A stretch of 53,911 bases of DNA from Candidatus Thorarchaeota archaeon (GTDB taxonomy: Archaea; Asgardarchaeota; Thorarchaeia; Thorarchaeales; Thorarchaeaceae). A program made the translations under genes and the position numbers. Location of the stretch: assembly GCA_016839445.1 (NCBI GenBank), contig JAEOUG010000106.1, positions 1 through 53,911 on the forward strand, written 5' to 3'. Under the pieces are notes generated by a model. The model was not told where the DNA came from. It made no database searches and saw nothing but the letters and a program-made list of their open reading frames with translations. Below are positions 27,763 to 36,642 of this stretch, piece by piece; the first letter of the stretch is position 1; every line of letters starts with the position of its first letter.

Positions 27763-29580
27763 CTAGTCAGAGGAGTCCTTTTCCTCTTCCTTCTCCTGAA
27801 GATCAAGAAGCCGGCTCAGCTCCGCCAATGTGTCGTTGTCAATCGGCAGATACTCCTTCTCTTCTTCGGGAGTCTTCCCAGAGCCACCGACTGATCGGTC
27901 TAACGGGCCCAGAATGCTCTCTAGTTCCATTAGAGACTCTTGGTCGATCTCCTCGGATATCTCGGGCTCGTCGGCACGGGGTATGACCTCGTCACACGCA
28001 AATGCCTCGAGTGCAGTATCAATGTCCTCTTTGGACACCTTCTCAATCTCGGCCGCGATTATGTCATCAGCCTCTAGTGCTTCGAATATTATCTCCTTGG
28101 CCATCTCTGTCCCGTCTTCATCGGAAACAATAATGATAGTGTCCTCTTCCTGTGTTTCCTCAGGAATCGAGAAGGATTCTGAGATTTCGATCTCTGTTGG
28201 TGCTCCAGTCTCGACCTCGATGTCTATGGGAACTGGAGATACCGACGTTTCTTCACCCGCAGTAGGCACATCGAACTCCATGGCCTCTGTAGGGGGCTCC
28301 TGGAGCTCTTCCTCGATGGGAAGTTCTGGCTCTGGCACAATATCCGCCGAGGGAGTCACTGGTCCAGACTCCGGCTCCTCTATGCCCATTGATGTGGACA
28401 GCAGGTCGATGAGGGCCTCTTCTTCTGAGGGACTAGACACAGGCGCCTCAATCTCCTCTGCAGGTTCTGGCGCTTCAGATTCAGGGATCTCTTCTACGAA
28501 TTCTTCAACAATCTCATAGTCATCTGTGTCCTCTATGACGTGGCCCTCCTCGTCAACATAGACTTCCTCGACAATCTCGACGAACTCGTATTCTTCCTCT
28601 TCCTCTTCCACAGCGGAATCAACCGATATCTCAGTAGGCTCCACTTCCAAGTGAGAGGCCTCAACCTCAGCTATTGCGTCTTCAGTTGCAGTATCTGCGA
28701 ACTTCAGGAGTTCTGAGGCGGGTAGGTCAGGGAGGGCGACACCTACGTACTGTGCCGCTGCAGTCATGAGAAGCCTCAACATCTCGTCGCGCCGTGCCTT
28801 GTCGATGGCAACCATTGGGTAGGTTGGAATTCCAAGGATCTTCTGAACAACCTCTGGCTTCATAGCATTGGGCTTGTCCTGCTTGTTCGCCATCGCGAAC
28901 ACTGGCACCTTAGGTGCGTCACGACGAATGAGCTTCAGTATGTCCTTGCTGATGATGACGTTCCTAAGCGTTGAGTCACAGACCAGGAATATGACATCTG
29001 CGCCATGGAAGTAGAATCTCCACAGCGTTCTGAAGCGCTCTTGTCCCGCGAAGTCCCAGAGAACGAGACTGTAGTTGCCGAAACGGATGTTCTCTACTGT
29101 CTCTAGATTGAGCGCAATGGTGGGAACGTACTGGAGAGGCGGAGTGTCACCAAGAAGCAAGTGCAGCGTTGTCGTCTTCCCAACACCACCTTCTCCGACA
29201 AGGGCAATCTTCAGCCGCGTAGTGATGGAGGGCTCAATGATTGACCTGTAATTTCCAGTTACCGACTCGAGTCCGGACTTGGAGAGCGTCTTTCTCAGTG
29301 CGGCCGTTGCTGCCTCCATCTTTTCAAATACTCCACTCTCATCCTCTCCCTTGTCAGTCACGAACACAAGGATAGTCTCGCCGACCCAGTCCAATCCATG
29401 GAACTTGTGATCTCCAATGATGAGAGGGAGTTCCATGTAGTCATCCCCTCCGGATTTCAGGTCATTGCGTGTGCTCACAAACTCAGCAAGGTCGTCAGGA
29501 GAAACCTCCACTGGCCAGTATTGTGTGCTTGCTAGGATCTCGCCTGATGATGTTCTTATGAGGAATGTATTGTGGATCAC
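27763..29580 (-). CDS. Fusion of a longin-like domain, an Arf-like small GTPase and a long acidic tail
   Basis: GEGGVGKTT, VPTIALN, WDFAGQERFRTLWRFYF, NKQD; about 120-aa N-domain; more than 300 aa of Glu-rich C-terminus. Confidence 0.85.
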   Translation of the reverse strand: MIHNTFLIRTSSGEILASTQYWPVEVSPDDLAEFVSTRNDLKSGGDDYMELPLIIGDHKFHGLDWVGETILVFVTDKGEDESGVFEKMEAATAALRKTLSKSGLESVTGNYRSIIEPSITTRLKIALVGEGGVGKTTTLHLLLGDTPPLQYVPTIALNLETVENIRFGNYSLVLWDFAGQERFRTLWRFYFHGADVIFLVCDSTLRNVIISKDILKLIRRDAPKVPVFAMANKQDKPNAMKPEVVQKILGIPTYPMVAIDKARRDEMLRLLMTAAAQYVGVALPDLPASELLKFADTATEDAIAEVEASHLEVEPTEISVDSAVEEEEEEYEFVEIVEEVYVDEEGHVIEDTDDYEIVEEFVEEIPESEAPEPAEEIEAPVSSPSEEEALIDLLSTSMGIEEPESGPVTPSADIVPEPELPIEEELQEPPTEAMEFDVPTAGEETSVSPVPIDIEVETGAPTEIEISESFSIPEETQEEDTIIIVSDEDGTEMAKEIIFEALEADDIIAAEIEKVSKEDIDTALEAFACDEVIPRADEPEISEEIDQESLMELESILGPLDRSVGGSGKTPEEEKEYLPIDNDTLAELSRLLDLQEKEEEKDSSD

Positions 29581-29699
29581 TTTCCATCACCGATAATGGA
29601 CGCGGAGTAGTTGCTAGATAGCCTACTGGGCCTGTTCCCTAGGGAATTTCGCGCAGATTAACGCTTTTTGTGTATACTGTTGTGGGCGTCGACAATAAG

Positions 29700-29950
29700 G
29701 TAGACGCGTGGTTCACCCGAGAGCGAACCGCGCATCCGTGGAGCGACTCACGCACAGGCACGAAAGAATTCGTTATGCGCAAGAACAGTAGCAGTAGTAC
29801 TGCGATTAGGGACTATAGAACTCGTGGGACCGTGTTGCGTTTCGAGTTCCTGACGGGGGTTCGTGCCTGCCCGTTCGTCACCTTGAAGCAGTGTAGAAAT
29901 GGCATAATAACCTTTCTAGGTCCGTATTATGAAATGCCGACTCACACTGC
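29700..29950. ncRNA. Candidate structured RNA or structured UTR
   Basis: Several nested 7-10 bp inverted repeats within a 420-bp gap; no recognised Rfam family. Confidence 0.35.
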
Positions 29951-29999
29951 ACTGTGGTAGTCGCAGACTGGTCATGCCGTGATTGGGGAACTCGCAGCT

Positions 30000-31139
30000 C
30001 TACCTGGGGAAGTTGTCCCTCAACAACCGAAGGTGCTGATGGACCATCTCCATAGCCTTCGGGTCATCTGGAGTCTTTTCCAGATCAGTGACAAGCGTCT
30101 GTAGGAAGTACTCGGGGAAGAAGAGCCGAACACGGATGTCGTTCAAGAGGAAGAGCCACTTGTCATAATCACCCGATGCGCCCTTACGACGCTTCTCAGA
30201 TACAATGCGATATTTCTTCAGCGTCTGAATTCCCTGCTTGAGCTCCTTCGGTGGAATACCGAGAGTTGCCTCCAGTTCTGAGATATTCACAGGACGGCGT
30301 CTCAGTTCGCTGAGGATGTCATAGCAGTCAGGGTCGGCCAAGACCTCTGAAACGGATACGGTGTCTTCAGGGGTCTTCTGCCATTCAGTTAGGAATTCCA
30401 GGACCTCGGTCTTGTACTCGGCGGCCAGCTCAGGATCTAGCACACCTCCGGAAGCCTCCATGGCAACAAGCGGGGGCGCTCTGAAGACCTCGAGGTCTTT
30501 GATCATGAAAACACAGGTCCTGCCAATCTCGTCGACCCACTCAGTCTTGACAAGTCCAAGCTCCTCAAAGGGTGAAATCACAGAGTCGACACTGACACTT
30601 GGAAGTCCCGTCACCATCTTGAGCCACTCCTCGAGCTCCTCCTTGGAGATGCCTCCCTTCCATAGCTTCGGGAAGACGGCTCGTGAAACCTCATCGGAGA
30701 ACAGGCGAGCCAGCCGCGACTCATCTGTCATTCCGGCGAGTCTGATGATTCTTCTGTAGGTGTTATCAAGCTCCTCTTGGAGCTCTGCATCCGTTAGGGC
30801 AACAACGGCATTGGTCAGAGGAGTCACGATGGATGTGATGGCGGCTTCGTAGGTCTTCGGGTCCTCAGAGGGTGTAAGCAGTAGTGATACGCAGTACTGC
30901 TCCTCTTCTCTGACAATCCCAGTATAATAGGATGCGACACCATATTCTTCTCCTCCGATTCGAACGCTCAGAGAAGAGAATCCAGCGGTGGCATCACCCA
31001 TGGCGTGTGATGTGAAGATTCTCATGATCTCAGTGTTGAGGTCTTCACGATAGTAGTCAGCAAAATCCGCAGGAACCTTTGCCTTCAAAACCGCGCCTAT
31101 CTTCGAGTCCCAATCTATAAGCAGCATTGCAACAGGCAT
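30000..31139 (-). CDS. Longin/uDENN-like (NPRL2-like) N-domain plus winged-helix protein
   Basis: N-terminal LLIDWDSKIGAVLKAKVPADF; two wHTH-like segments. Confidence 0.65.
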   Translation of the reverse strand: MPVAMLLIDWDSKIGAVLKAKVPADFADYYREDLNTEIMRIFTSHAMGDATAGFSSLSVRIGGEEYGVASYYTGIVREEEQYCVSLLLTPSEDPKTYEAAITSIVTPLTNAVVALTDAELQEELDNTYRRIIRLAGMTDESRLARLFSDEVSRAVFPKLWKGGISKEELEEWLKMVTGLPSVSVDSVISPFEELGLVKTEWVDEIGRTCVFMIKDLEVFRAPPLVAMEASGGVLDPELAAEYKTEVLEFLTEWQKTPEDTVSVSEVLADPDCYDILSELRRRPVNISELEATLGIPPKELKQGIQTLKKYRIVSEKRRKGASGDYDKWLFLLNDIRVRLFFPEYFLQTLVTDLEKTPDDPKAMEMVHQHLRLLRDNFPR

Positions 31140-31269
31140 TTTGCTACGCTCCCAGTCCCTAGGGCTGTCTGGTCTAGCCGATTACGCTAACGGAGCATTA
31201 TTGCTAATTAAAAACCTTGTGACACATTCGACCGAGTTTCGGCAACAACTGCGCTTTTTGGAAAGGTCC

Positions 31270-31926
31270 CTAGAGGGTCAGAGCGTCCCTTTTCCTGATG
31301 GCTCCCTTCACCGCTTCGTGGACTAGACCGACAACCTCTTCGAGCGGAGCCGTCGCATCGATGACAACTGATGGGGTAGAGTCACTATCAGCCATTTCCA
31401 AGTAGTTCTGCCGGACCTTTATGAGCCTGTCAAGCTTCTCGAACTGCAGGTTGGCGCTGCCCTTCCTCCCTGTTGCTCTCTCTAGTCCTAGCTCTGCGGG
31501 AACATCCAGAATGATCAGAAGGTCCGGATCTGGAGCATGTATTTCTTCGCGATTTCGTTTGAGAATCTCGCTCCAGTGGTATGGCGTCACTGTTGACTGG
31601 TAGGCACCAGTTGCGAAGAAGTAACGATCGAGGAGAACCACCTTCCCAGCCTGCAAGAAGGGTGCTATTCGATTCGCAACATGCCACTCTCTATCCCTGA
31701 TGAAGAGCTCGAGTTCCTCCTCAGGCGAGAGCTCACCAAGAGGAGAGCGTTCCCTGATTTCCAGGCCCCACTGACTCTCCCCCGTAGGTTCACGTAGCCG
31801 TGCGACATCGTAGCCATCCTTGAGTAAGAGCTTCTCGACAATGTCGCAGACGGTCGTCTTGCCAGAACCGTCAATACCCTCAAGGACAAACAAGAAGCCT
31901 TTGCGGGTCATACCTTCATTTGTCAA
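31270..31926 (-). CDS. tmk: Thymidylate kinase
   Basis: LEGIDGSGKTT, REPT, LDRY, AYQ, PDLLIILDV. Confidence 0.95.
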   Translation of the reverse strand: MTNEGMTRKGFLFVLEGIDGSGKTTVCDIVEKLLLKDGYDVARLREPTGESQWGLEIRERSPLGELSPEEELELFIRDREWHVANRIAPFLQAGKVVLLDRYFFATGAYQSTVTPYHWSEILKRNREEIHAPDPDLLIILDVPAELGLERATGRKGSANLQFEKLDRLIKVRQNYLEMADSDSTPSVVIDATAPLEEVVGLVHEAVKGAIRKRDALTL

Positions 31927-32062
31927 GAGAGAGCTCTCCTAGATTCCTGCAAGCCCTCGGGAGCGCGAGGATGTATTAGATGCTTCGGTTCTCCTCTCGA
32001 GAGCAACTCTTAAATTCCAGTCATTGTAGGATAAGTTAACCTATACCAGAGTTGGTGTTAGA

Positions 32063-32563
32063 GTGAATCTGAGGCTGTTAGCGCTTGTACTTCTAGTATC
32101 TCTAGTCTTGGTTCAGCCAGGGGCCGGCCAGAACCTTAGAGAGTCTACTAGCATTGTCACAGCAGCTACAGGGCTCACCCTGATAGTCGACTTCGGGAAC
32201 GGTACAGCTCTAGATACAACAGGTCTCAGTGGCATGACAGTGCTAGAGGTCACACAGAGTGTCTACTCTGTTTCCGTTGACTGGTCTGGCTCGCTAGCGT
32301 TCGTGACCGCTATCGGTGGCGTCCAGAACACGGCTGCAAGAGCATGGCAGTACTGGGTCAACGGAGCCTACGCATCAGTAGCCTGCAACATCTATGAGCT
32401 CAGTGACTCCGATATCATTGTATGGAACAGGACATCATCCGGATACACCGGCACCTCGTCAGGGCAGCAGATTCATGAGCTTATCATTGGCGCAGCATTG
32501 GTTGGTGGTTTCGGTGTATCTGTTCTTGTGGTTCTGTACATTGTCGCGAGGAGGAGAGGCTAG
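32063..32563 (+). CDS. DUF4430-like (transcobalamin C-terminal-like) membrane-anchored protein
   Basis: Signal peptide, VDFGNG, FVTAIGG, WQYWVNG, DIIVW, C-terminal TM helix. Confidence 0.8.
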   Translation: MNLRLLALVLLVSLVLVQPGAGQNLRESTSIVTAATGLTLIVDFGNGTALDTTGLSGMTVLEVTQSVYSVSVDWSGSLAFVTAIGGVQNTAARAWQYWVNGAYASVACNIYELSDSDIIVWNRTSSGYTGTSSGQQIHELIIGAALVGGFGVSVLVVLYIVARRRG

Positions 32564-32564
32564 A

Positions 32565-33335
32565 ATGAACATCAAACGAAGACTCCTTGTATTATTCCTC
32601 ACAGCCTGCGTCTTGACCCCATTGCTCGTCACTGGAGCACAGGCCTATGCAGAAGAGATTCAGCCCAGTCCAGGGCGAGAAGTGGAGGTACGATGGGCTG
32701 TCACCAATGCGTCAGCAGACCCTGTCAACATGTGGTTCACGGGAGGAGGCATATGCAACCTCAGCGGCCATGTGTGGATGTTCTTCACGGTGACTGAAAC
32801 CGAGGGAGATGCGGGAGGAGTACTGATCCTTGGAAACACAACTGTCCAAGCGAACAATACCGACATTGCCATCGACCTTGCGCTGGGTGTGTGGGGTTCC
32901 ACTGAATGGTGGCCGGGCCTCGTGGTGCGAACAGGACAGGACGACTTGTCCCTCCTGAATCAGACGGCCTATGCTTCTGCGGAGAGAGTGGCGGGGAATC
33001 CAGCCAACGGGACGATGAGTTCCTATTACGACAATGTCACTGCTTCTGGAAAAGCGTATGAATGCATAGTCTTCGAGTACGAGCAGGACCCTGGAGGGGG
33101 CGACCAGGTATCCTATCTTGCATATTCCATAGAGACTGGAATCCTTGTCAAGGGATCGACCTACGTCAACTTCAGTACGCCGTACTATCTAGAAGTCGAG
33201 TATGATGGACTCACCATCTGGTCTGGATACGGCCTCTTGGACACAGCAGCAATCGTTGCGATTCTCGTAGTTCTTGTGGGCATTGTGGTATACATCCAGA
33301 AACGCATAAAGAAACCAAAAAGGGAGAAAGATTGA
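32565..33335 (+). CDS. Secreted, membrane-anchored hypothetical protein
   Basis: ATG at 32565 gives signal peptide MNIKRRLLVLFL; N-glycosylation sequons; C-terminal TM helix and basic tail. Confidence 0.75.
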   Translation: MNIKRRLLVLFLTACVLTPLLVTGAQAYAEEIQPSPGREVEVRWAVTNASADPVNMWFTGGGICNLSGHVWMFFTVTETEGDAGGVLILGNTTVQANNTDIAIDLALGVWGSTEWWPGLVVRTGQDDLSLLNQTAYASAERVAGNPANGTMSSYYDNVTASGKAYECIVFEYEQDPGGGDQVSYLAYSIETGILVKGSTYVNFSTPYYLEVEYDGLTIWSGYGLLDTAAIVAILVVLVGIVVYIQKRIKKPKREKD

Positions 33336-33958
33336 CACGACAAGTCGGCCCGGGACTAGATAGAAGCCGGAAGGTGGCCCTCACTGCGGTAATGGCCGCC
33401 TTGGCTCTAGTGGCGAACTACATACTAGTCTTGGCTCCGAATGTCGAGCTCGGATCTAGCATCCTGTTCGTGACCGGATTCCTCTTCGGGATCGAGATGG
33501 CTGCATCCTGTGTCTTGATAGTGGCAATGGTCTTCGGGCTGTTCAACCCGTGGGGGCCATCTATCTTCATCCTCGAGGTCTGGATAGCCCAGGTTATTGG
33601 ATGGATGTTCTTCGCGGTCGCGGGTCACATTGTAGGTCGAGGTGGAGCACGTGTTGGCGTGGCCCACTACAGGTCGTGGGAGATTGGACTGCTCGGCGGG
33701 ATCCTTACGGCATTCTACGACTTGGTGACGAATCTTGGTTGGTCTCTAGCGTCGGGCATTCCCTTCTGGGCAACTCTGGCCACAGGAATTCCATTCACGG
33801 TTGTGCACATCATTTCAAACATGTTCATCTTCGGAATCGTGACACTCACGCTCGAGAAGGCGGTCAGGAGGCACCTTGCCACTGCACTCTGGCAAGTGCA
33901 GGACTCTGAGGAGCCAAGTGCCAAGAATAAAAAGACAGTGCAACTTGAACACATGTGA
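33332..33958 (+). CDS. ECF transporter S component (CbrT-like)
   Basis: ALTAVMAAL (AxxxA) first helix, PNVE, about 6 TM helices, GIPFTVVHIISN. Confidence 0.8.
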   Translation: MTRQVGPGLDRSRKVALTAVMAALALVANYILVLAPNVELGSSILFVTGFLFGIEMAASCVLIVAMVFGLFNPWGPSIFILEVWIAQVIGWMFFAVAGHIVGRGGARVGVAHYRSWEIGLLGGILTAFYDLVTNLGWSLASGIPFWATLATGIPFTVVHIISNMFIFGIVTLTLEKAVRRHLATALWQVQDSEEPSAKNKKTVQLEHM

Positions 33959-33962
33959 GAGG

Positions 33963-34598
33963 ATGGAAGTGAACTGGAAGGAGGCTTTCGTTGATCTGGC
34001 TCAGGCAGCCGATGGGAAGGTGGCGCCAGCATTCAAGCCGCATCAGGCTGCTGTTGCCCTTGTCTTGATAGGCAGAGAACAGCCCCTAGGCAGGTATGAC
34101 CTCTGTGAGAAGATGTCTGTCGGAGAGGGCACCGTGAGAACCCTACTAAAGCGGCTGACAGAGTCGGGCTACATCGAAGCAGAAGGCAAACAGGGACAGT
34201 CACTAACTGCCCCAGGAAGAGGGCTGTTCGAAGAAATATCCAGAGACATACCCATTGGATTGGAACTTGATGTGAGACGCCTGGTCATGTTTCAGGAGGC
34301 CTTCGCCAACCTAGTGAAGGGCAAGTCCCATCTCGTGACTGATGGCATACGCCAGAGAGATGAGGCGATAATTCAGGGAGGATACGGACAAGCAGGCGCG
34401 ACGACGATTATCCAGAAAAACGGGATTCTGGTCATGCCTCCTGATGGGTTTCACATCCTTACAGAATATGAACGAGAGACCCTGCTGATTATCGAGAGCC
34501 TTCGTCCGGAGGACGGAGATGTTGTCGTGATAGGTTCAGCGGATAGCCCGAATCTGGCGAGAGAGGTCTCGATGGCCGCCGCAATGACGCTGTTCTGA
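33963..34598 (+). CDS. Archaeal winged-helix protein (DUF4443/DUF2111-like)
   Basis: PLGRYDL...GEGTVRTLLKRL wHTH; QRDEAI...GATT C-terminal domain. Confidence 0.75.
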   Translation: MEVNWKEAFVDLAQAADGKVAPAFKPHQAAVALVLIGREQPLGRYDLCEKMSVGEGTVRTLLKRLTESGYIEAEGKQGQSLTAPGRGLFEEISRDIPIGLELDVRRLVMFQEAFANLVKGKSHLVTDGIRQRDEAIIQGGYGQAGATTIIQKNGILVMPPDGFHILTEYERETLLIIESLRPEDGDVVVIGSADSPNLAREVSMAAAMTLF

Positions 34599-34599
34599 G

Positions 34600-35430
34600 A
34601 TGAATGAGATGCAGACCGACCTGTTCGGGAATGTTCCCGAGATTGTCATTGACGTGCATGAAACCAAAGGGAAGTCCCAGAATTCCGTGAAGCACCTGAT
34701 TTCCATGCTTGACAAAGAAGGTATTCCCTACGTAATCGAGAAGATTCCCATTGGAGACATCCTCGGTGTGGAAGGTGTTGCCATTGAAAGGAAGACCGTG
34801 AATGATTTGGTAAGCACTCTGAAAGGAAGTCCCTCTGGCTCCCCTCGGTTTCAGAAGCAGATGGATGGACTCCTCGAGTACGAGAAGCCATACCTGCTCG
34901 TAGAGAATGTCCTGTCAATCCGCCGAGACCCTCTAAAGGGCTGTATCTACGTTCCCTTCAAGACAAAGCACACAAAGGGCAGACCGTACGTTGTGACAAT
35001 GGAGCGAGCGAGCTATATTCATCCGAGCGCTCTTGATGCGCTTCTTGAGAGTGTCCGCGAACGGGGAATAGAGATCATACAGGGATTCAATGCACTCCAC
35101 TCAGCAGGTCTGATCTTCGGAATCCTTGTTCCTGACGGAAAATCAGCAGCTCAGAAGGGGCAACGTCTCCCCGTAGTCAGAACAAGGAAGGGACTTGATA
35201 GTATGAGCGATGAGCAGGAGTTCTTCGTCGCAGGCTTCCCGGGTGTCAACGTTGTGCGGGCAAGAAGCCTCCTGGCGGAATTCGGCAGTCCGATCGAGGT
35301 TGTGACGAGGACTGAGGAGTGGGGCAAGATTCAGGGAATCGGTCCAAAGACAATAGCCTCCGCTCAGAAGATGCTCTTCGAGAAGTACGCTAAGTCGGAG
35401 AATCCTCCAGATTCGACCCAAGATGAATGA
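34600..35430 (+). CDS. ERCC4/XPF-family structure-specific endonuclease (nuclease plus HhH, no helicase domain)
   Basis: IDVHE, GD...ERKTVND, FPGV and IQGIGPK HhH motifs. Confidence 0.88.
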   Translation: MNEMQTDLFGNVPEIVIDVHETKGKSQNSVKHLISMLDKEGIPYVIEKIPIGDILGVEGVAIERKTVNDLVSTLKGSPSGSPRFQKQMDGLLEYEKPYLLVENVLSIRRDPLKGCIYVPFKTKHTKGRPYVVTMERASYIHPSALDALLESVRERGIEIIQGFNALHSAGLIFGILVPDGKSAAQKGQRLPVVRTRKGLDSMSDEQEFFVAGFPGVNVVRARSLLAEFGSPIEVVTRTEEWGKIQGIGPKTIASAQKMLFEKYAKSENPPDSTQDE

Positions 35431-35499
35431 CCAGCTCACAAGGCTTAAAAGAAGTAACTATTCTATGACCAAAGAATACCCAAGTAGTGGTGATATGTT

Positions 35500-36588
35500 A
35501 TGGGCGATGTCCGTATAGCGATTGCAGGTCTTGGCAATTGTGCCTCCGCTCTCATTCAGGGGACACATTACTATCGAAACGCCAAGGCCGACGAGGAAGT
35601 CCCAGGACTCATGCATGTTGACTTTGGTGGCTACTTCCCGAAGGATTTGAAGTTCGTTGCAGCGTTCGAAGCAAATCGCAAGAAGATAGGTCTGGACATT
35701 GCCGAAGCCATGTGGGCAGAACCTAACTGCTGCTGGAAGTTTGCACCTGACGTCCCAAAGACCGGAGTGAAGGTCCTCCCGGGACCTATCTCCGACGGCG
35801 TTGCTCCTCACATGAAGGAGTCATTCTTTGCCTACGACGAGGAGGAAATCGAGCCTGTGGATATAGCCGAAGAACTAAGGAAGTCCAAGGCGGACATGCT
35901 GGTTTCGTATCTGCCAGTTGGTAGTGCGAATTCGTCAAGAACGTACGCACAGGCCGCACTAGAGGCCGGAATCGGGTACATCAACGCAATTCCTGAGTTC
36001 ATCGTTTCAGATCCAAACTCGCCAATCGCGCAGGCTTTCGAAAAGAAGGGCATCCCTTGTGCAGGAGATGACATCAAGAGCCAGCTCGGAGCAACCATCC
36101 TTCACAGGGTGTTGGCACAGCTCTTTGACCAGAGAGGTCTCATTTTGCAGAACACCTACCAACTGAACATCGGTGGGAACACAGACTTCGAGAACATGCA
36201 AGTAGAGAACCGCCTCAGCTCGAAGAGGATTAGCAAGACCCAGGCAGTGACAAGCTGCGTGGACTACGAACTCCCTACCAAGATAGGTCCGAGTGACTAC
36301 GTTCCGTTTCTCGAAGACAACAAGGTCTGCTACATCAGTATGCGCTCTAGAGCGTTTGGAGATCTTCCACTGGACCTGGACCTCAAACTCTCAGTCCAAG
36401 ACTCACCGAATAGCGGAGGAGTCATCATCGATGTTGCACGAGCAGTGAAGATTGCGTTGGATCGAGGCATCGGCGGAGAGCTTTCAAGCATCAGCTCCTA
36501 TAGTTTCAAGCATCCAAGATATCAGATCAATGACTTCGAGGCACGAAAGCGTGTCGACGAGTTCATTGAAGGCAAGCGAGAACGCTAG
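35500..36588 (+). CDS. ino1: Inositol-3-phosphate synthase
   Basis: GLGNCAS, YLPVGS, GDDIKSQLGAT, QLNIGGNTDF, SKRISKT, DSPNSGG. Confidence 0.97.
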   Translation: MGDVRIAIAGLGNCASALIQGTHYYRNAKADEEVPGLMHVDFGGYFPKDLKFVAAFEANRKKIGLDIAEAMWAEPNCCWKFAPDVPKTGVKVLPGPISDGVAPHMKESFFAYDEEEIEPVDIAEELRKSKADMLVSYLPVGSANSSRTYAQAALEAGIGYINAIPEFIVSDPNSPIAQAFEKKGIPCAGDDIKSQLGATILHRVLAQLFDQRGLILQNTYQLNIGGNTDFENMQVENRLSSKRISKTQAVTSCVDYELPTKIGPSDYVPFLEDNKVCYISMRSRAFGDLPLDLDLKLSVQDSPNSGGVIIDVARAVKIALDRGIGGELSSISSYSFKHPRYQINDFEARKRVDEFIEGKRER

Positions 36589-36607
36589 CCATTGAAAAGA
36601 GAGTGGG

Positions 36608-36632
36608 TCAGCCTAGAGTGGCTCTAGGCTGA
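36608..36632. terminator. Perfect 11-bp hairpin between convergent genes
   Basis: TCAGCCTAGAG-TGG-CTCTAGGCTGA between the ino1 and M42 stop codons. Confidence 0.6.
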
Positions 36633-36642
36633 TTCACACATT

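Noticed and set aside
27830-28519. 229-aa Ser-rich plus-strand ORF
   Set aside because: Shadow of the Glu-rich codons of the GTPase tail on the opposite strand
29581-29999. SRP RNA or RNase P RNA
   Set aside because: No SRP helix 8 motif or RNase P GAGGAAAGUCC-type motif was found on either strand by eye
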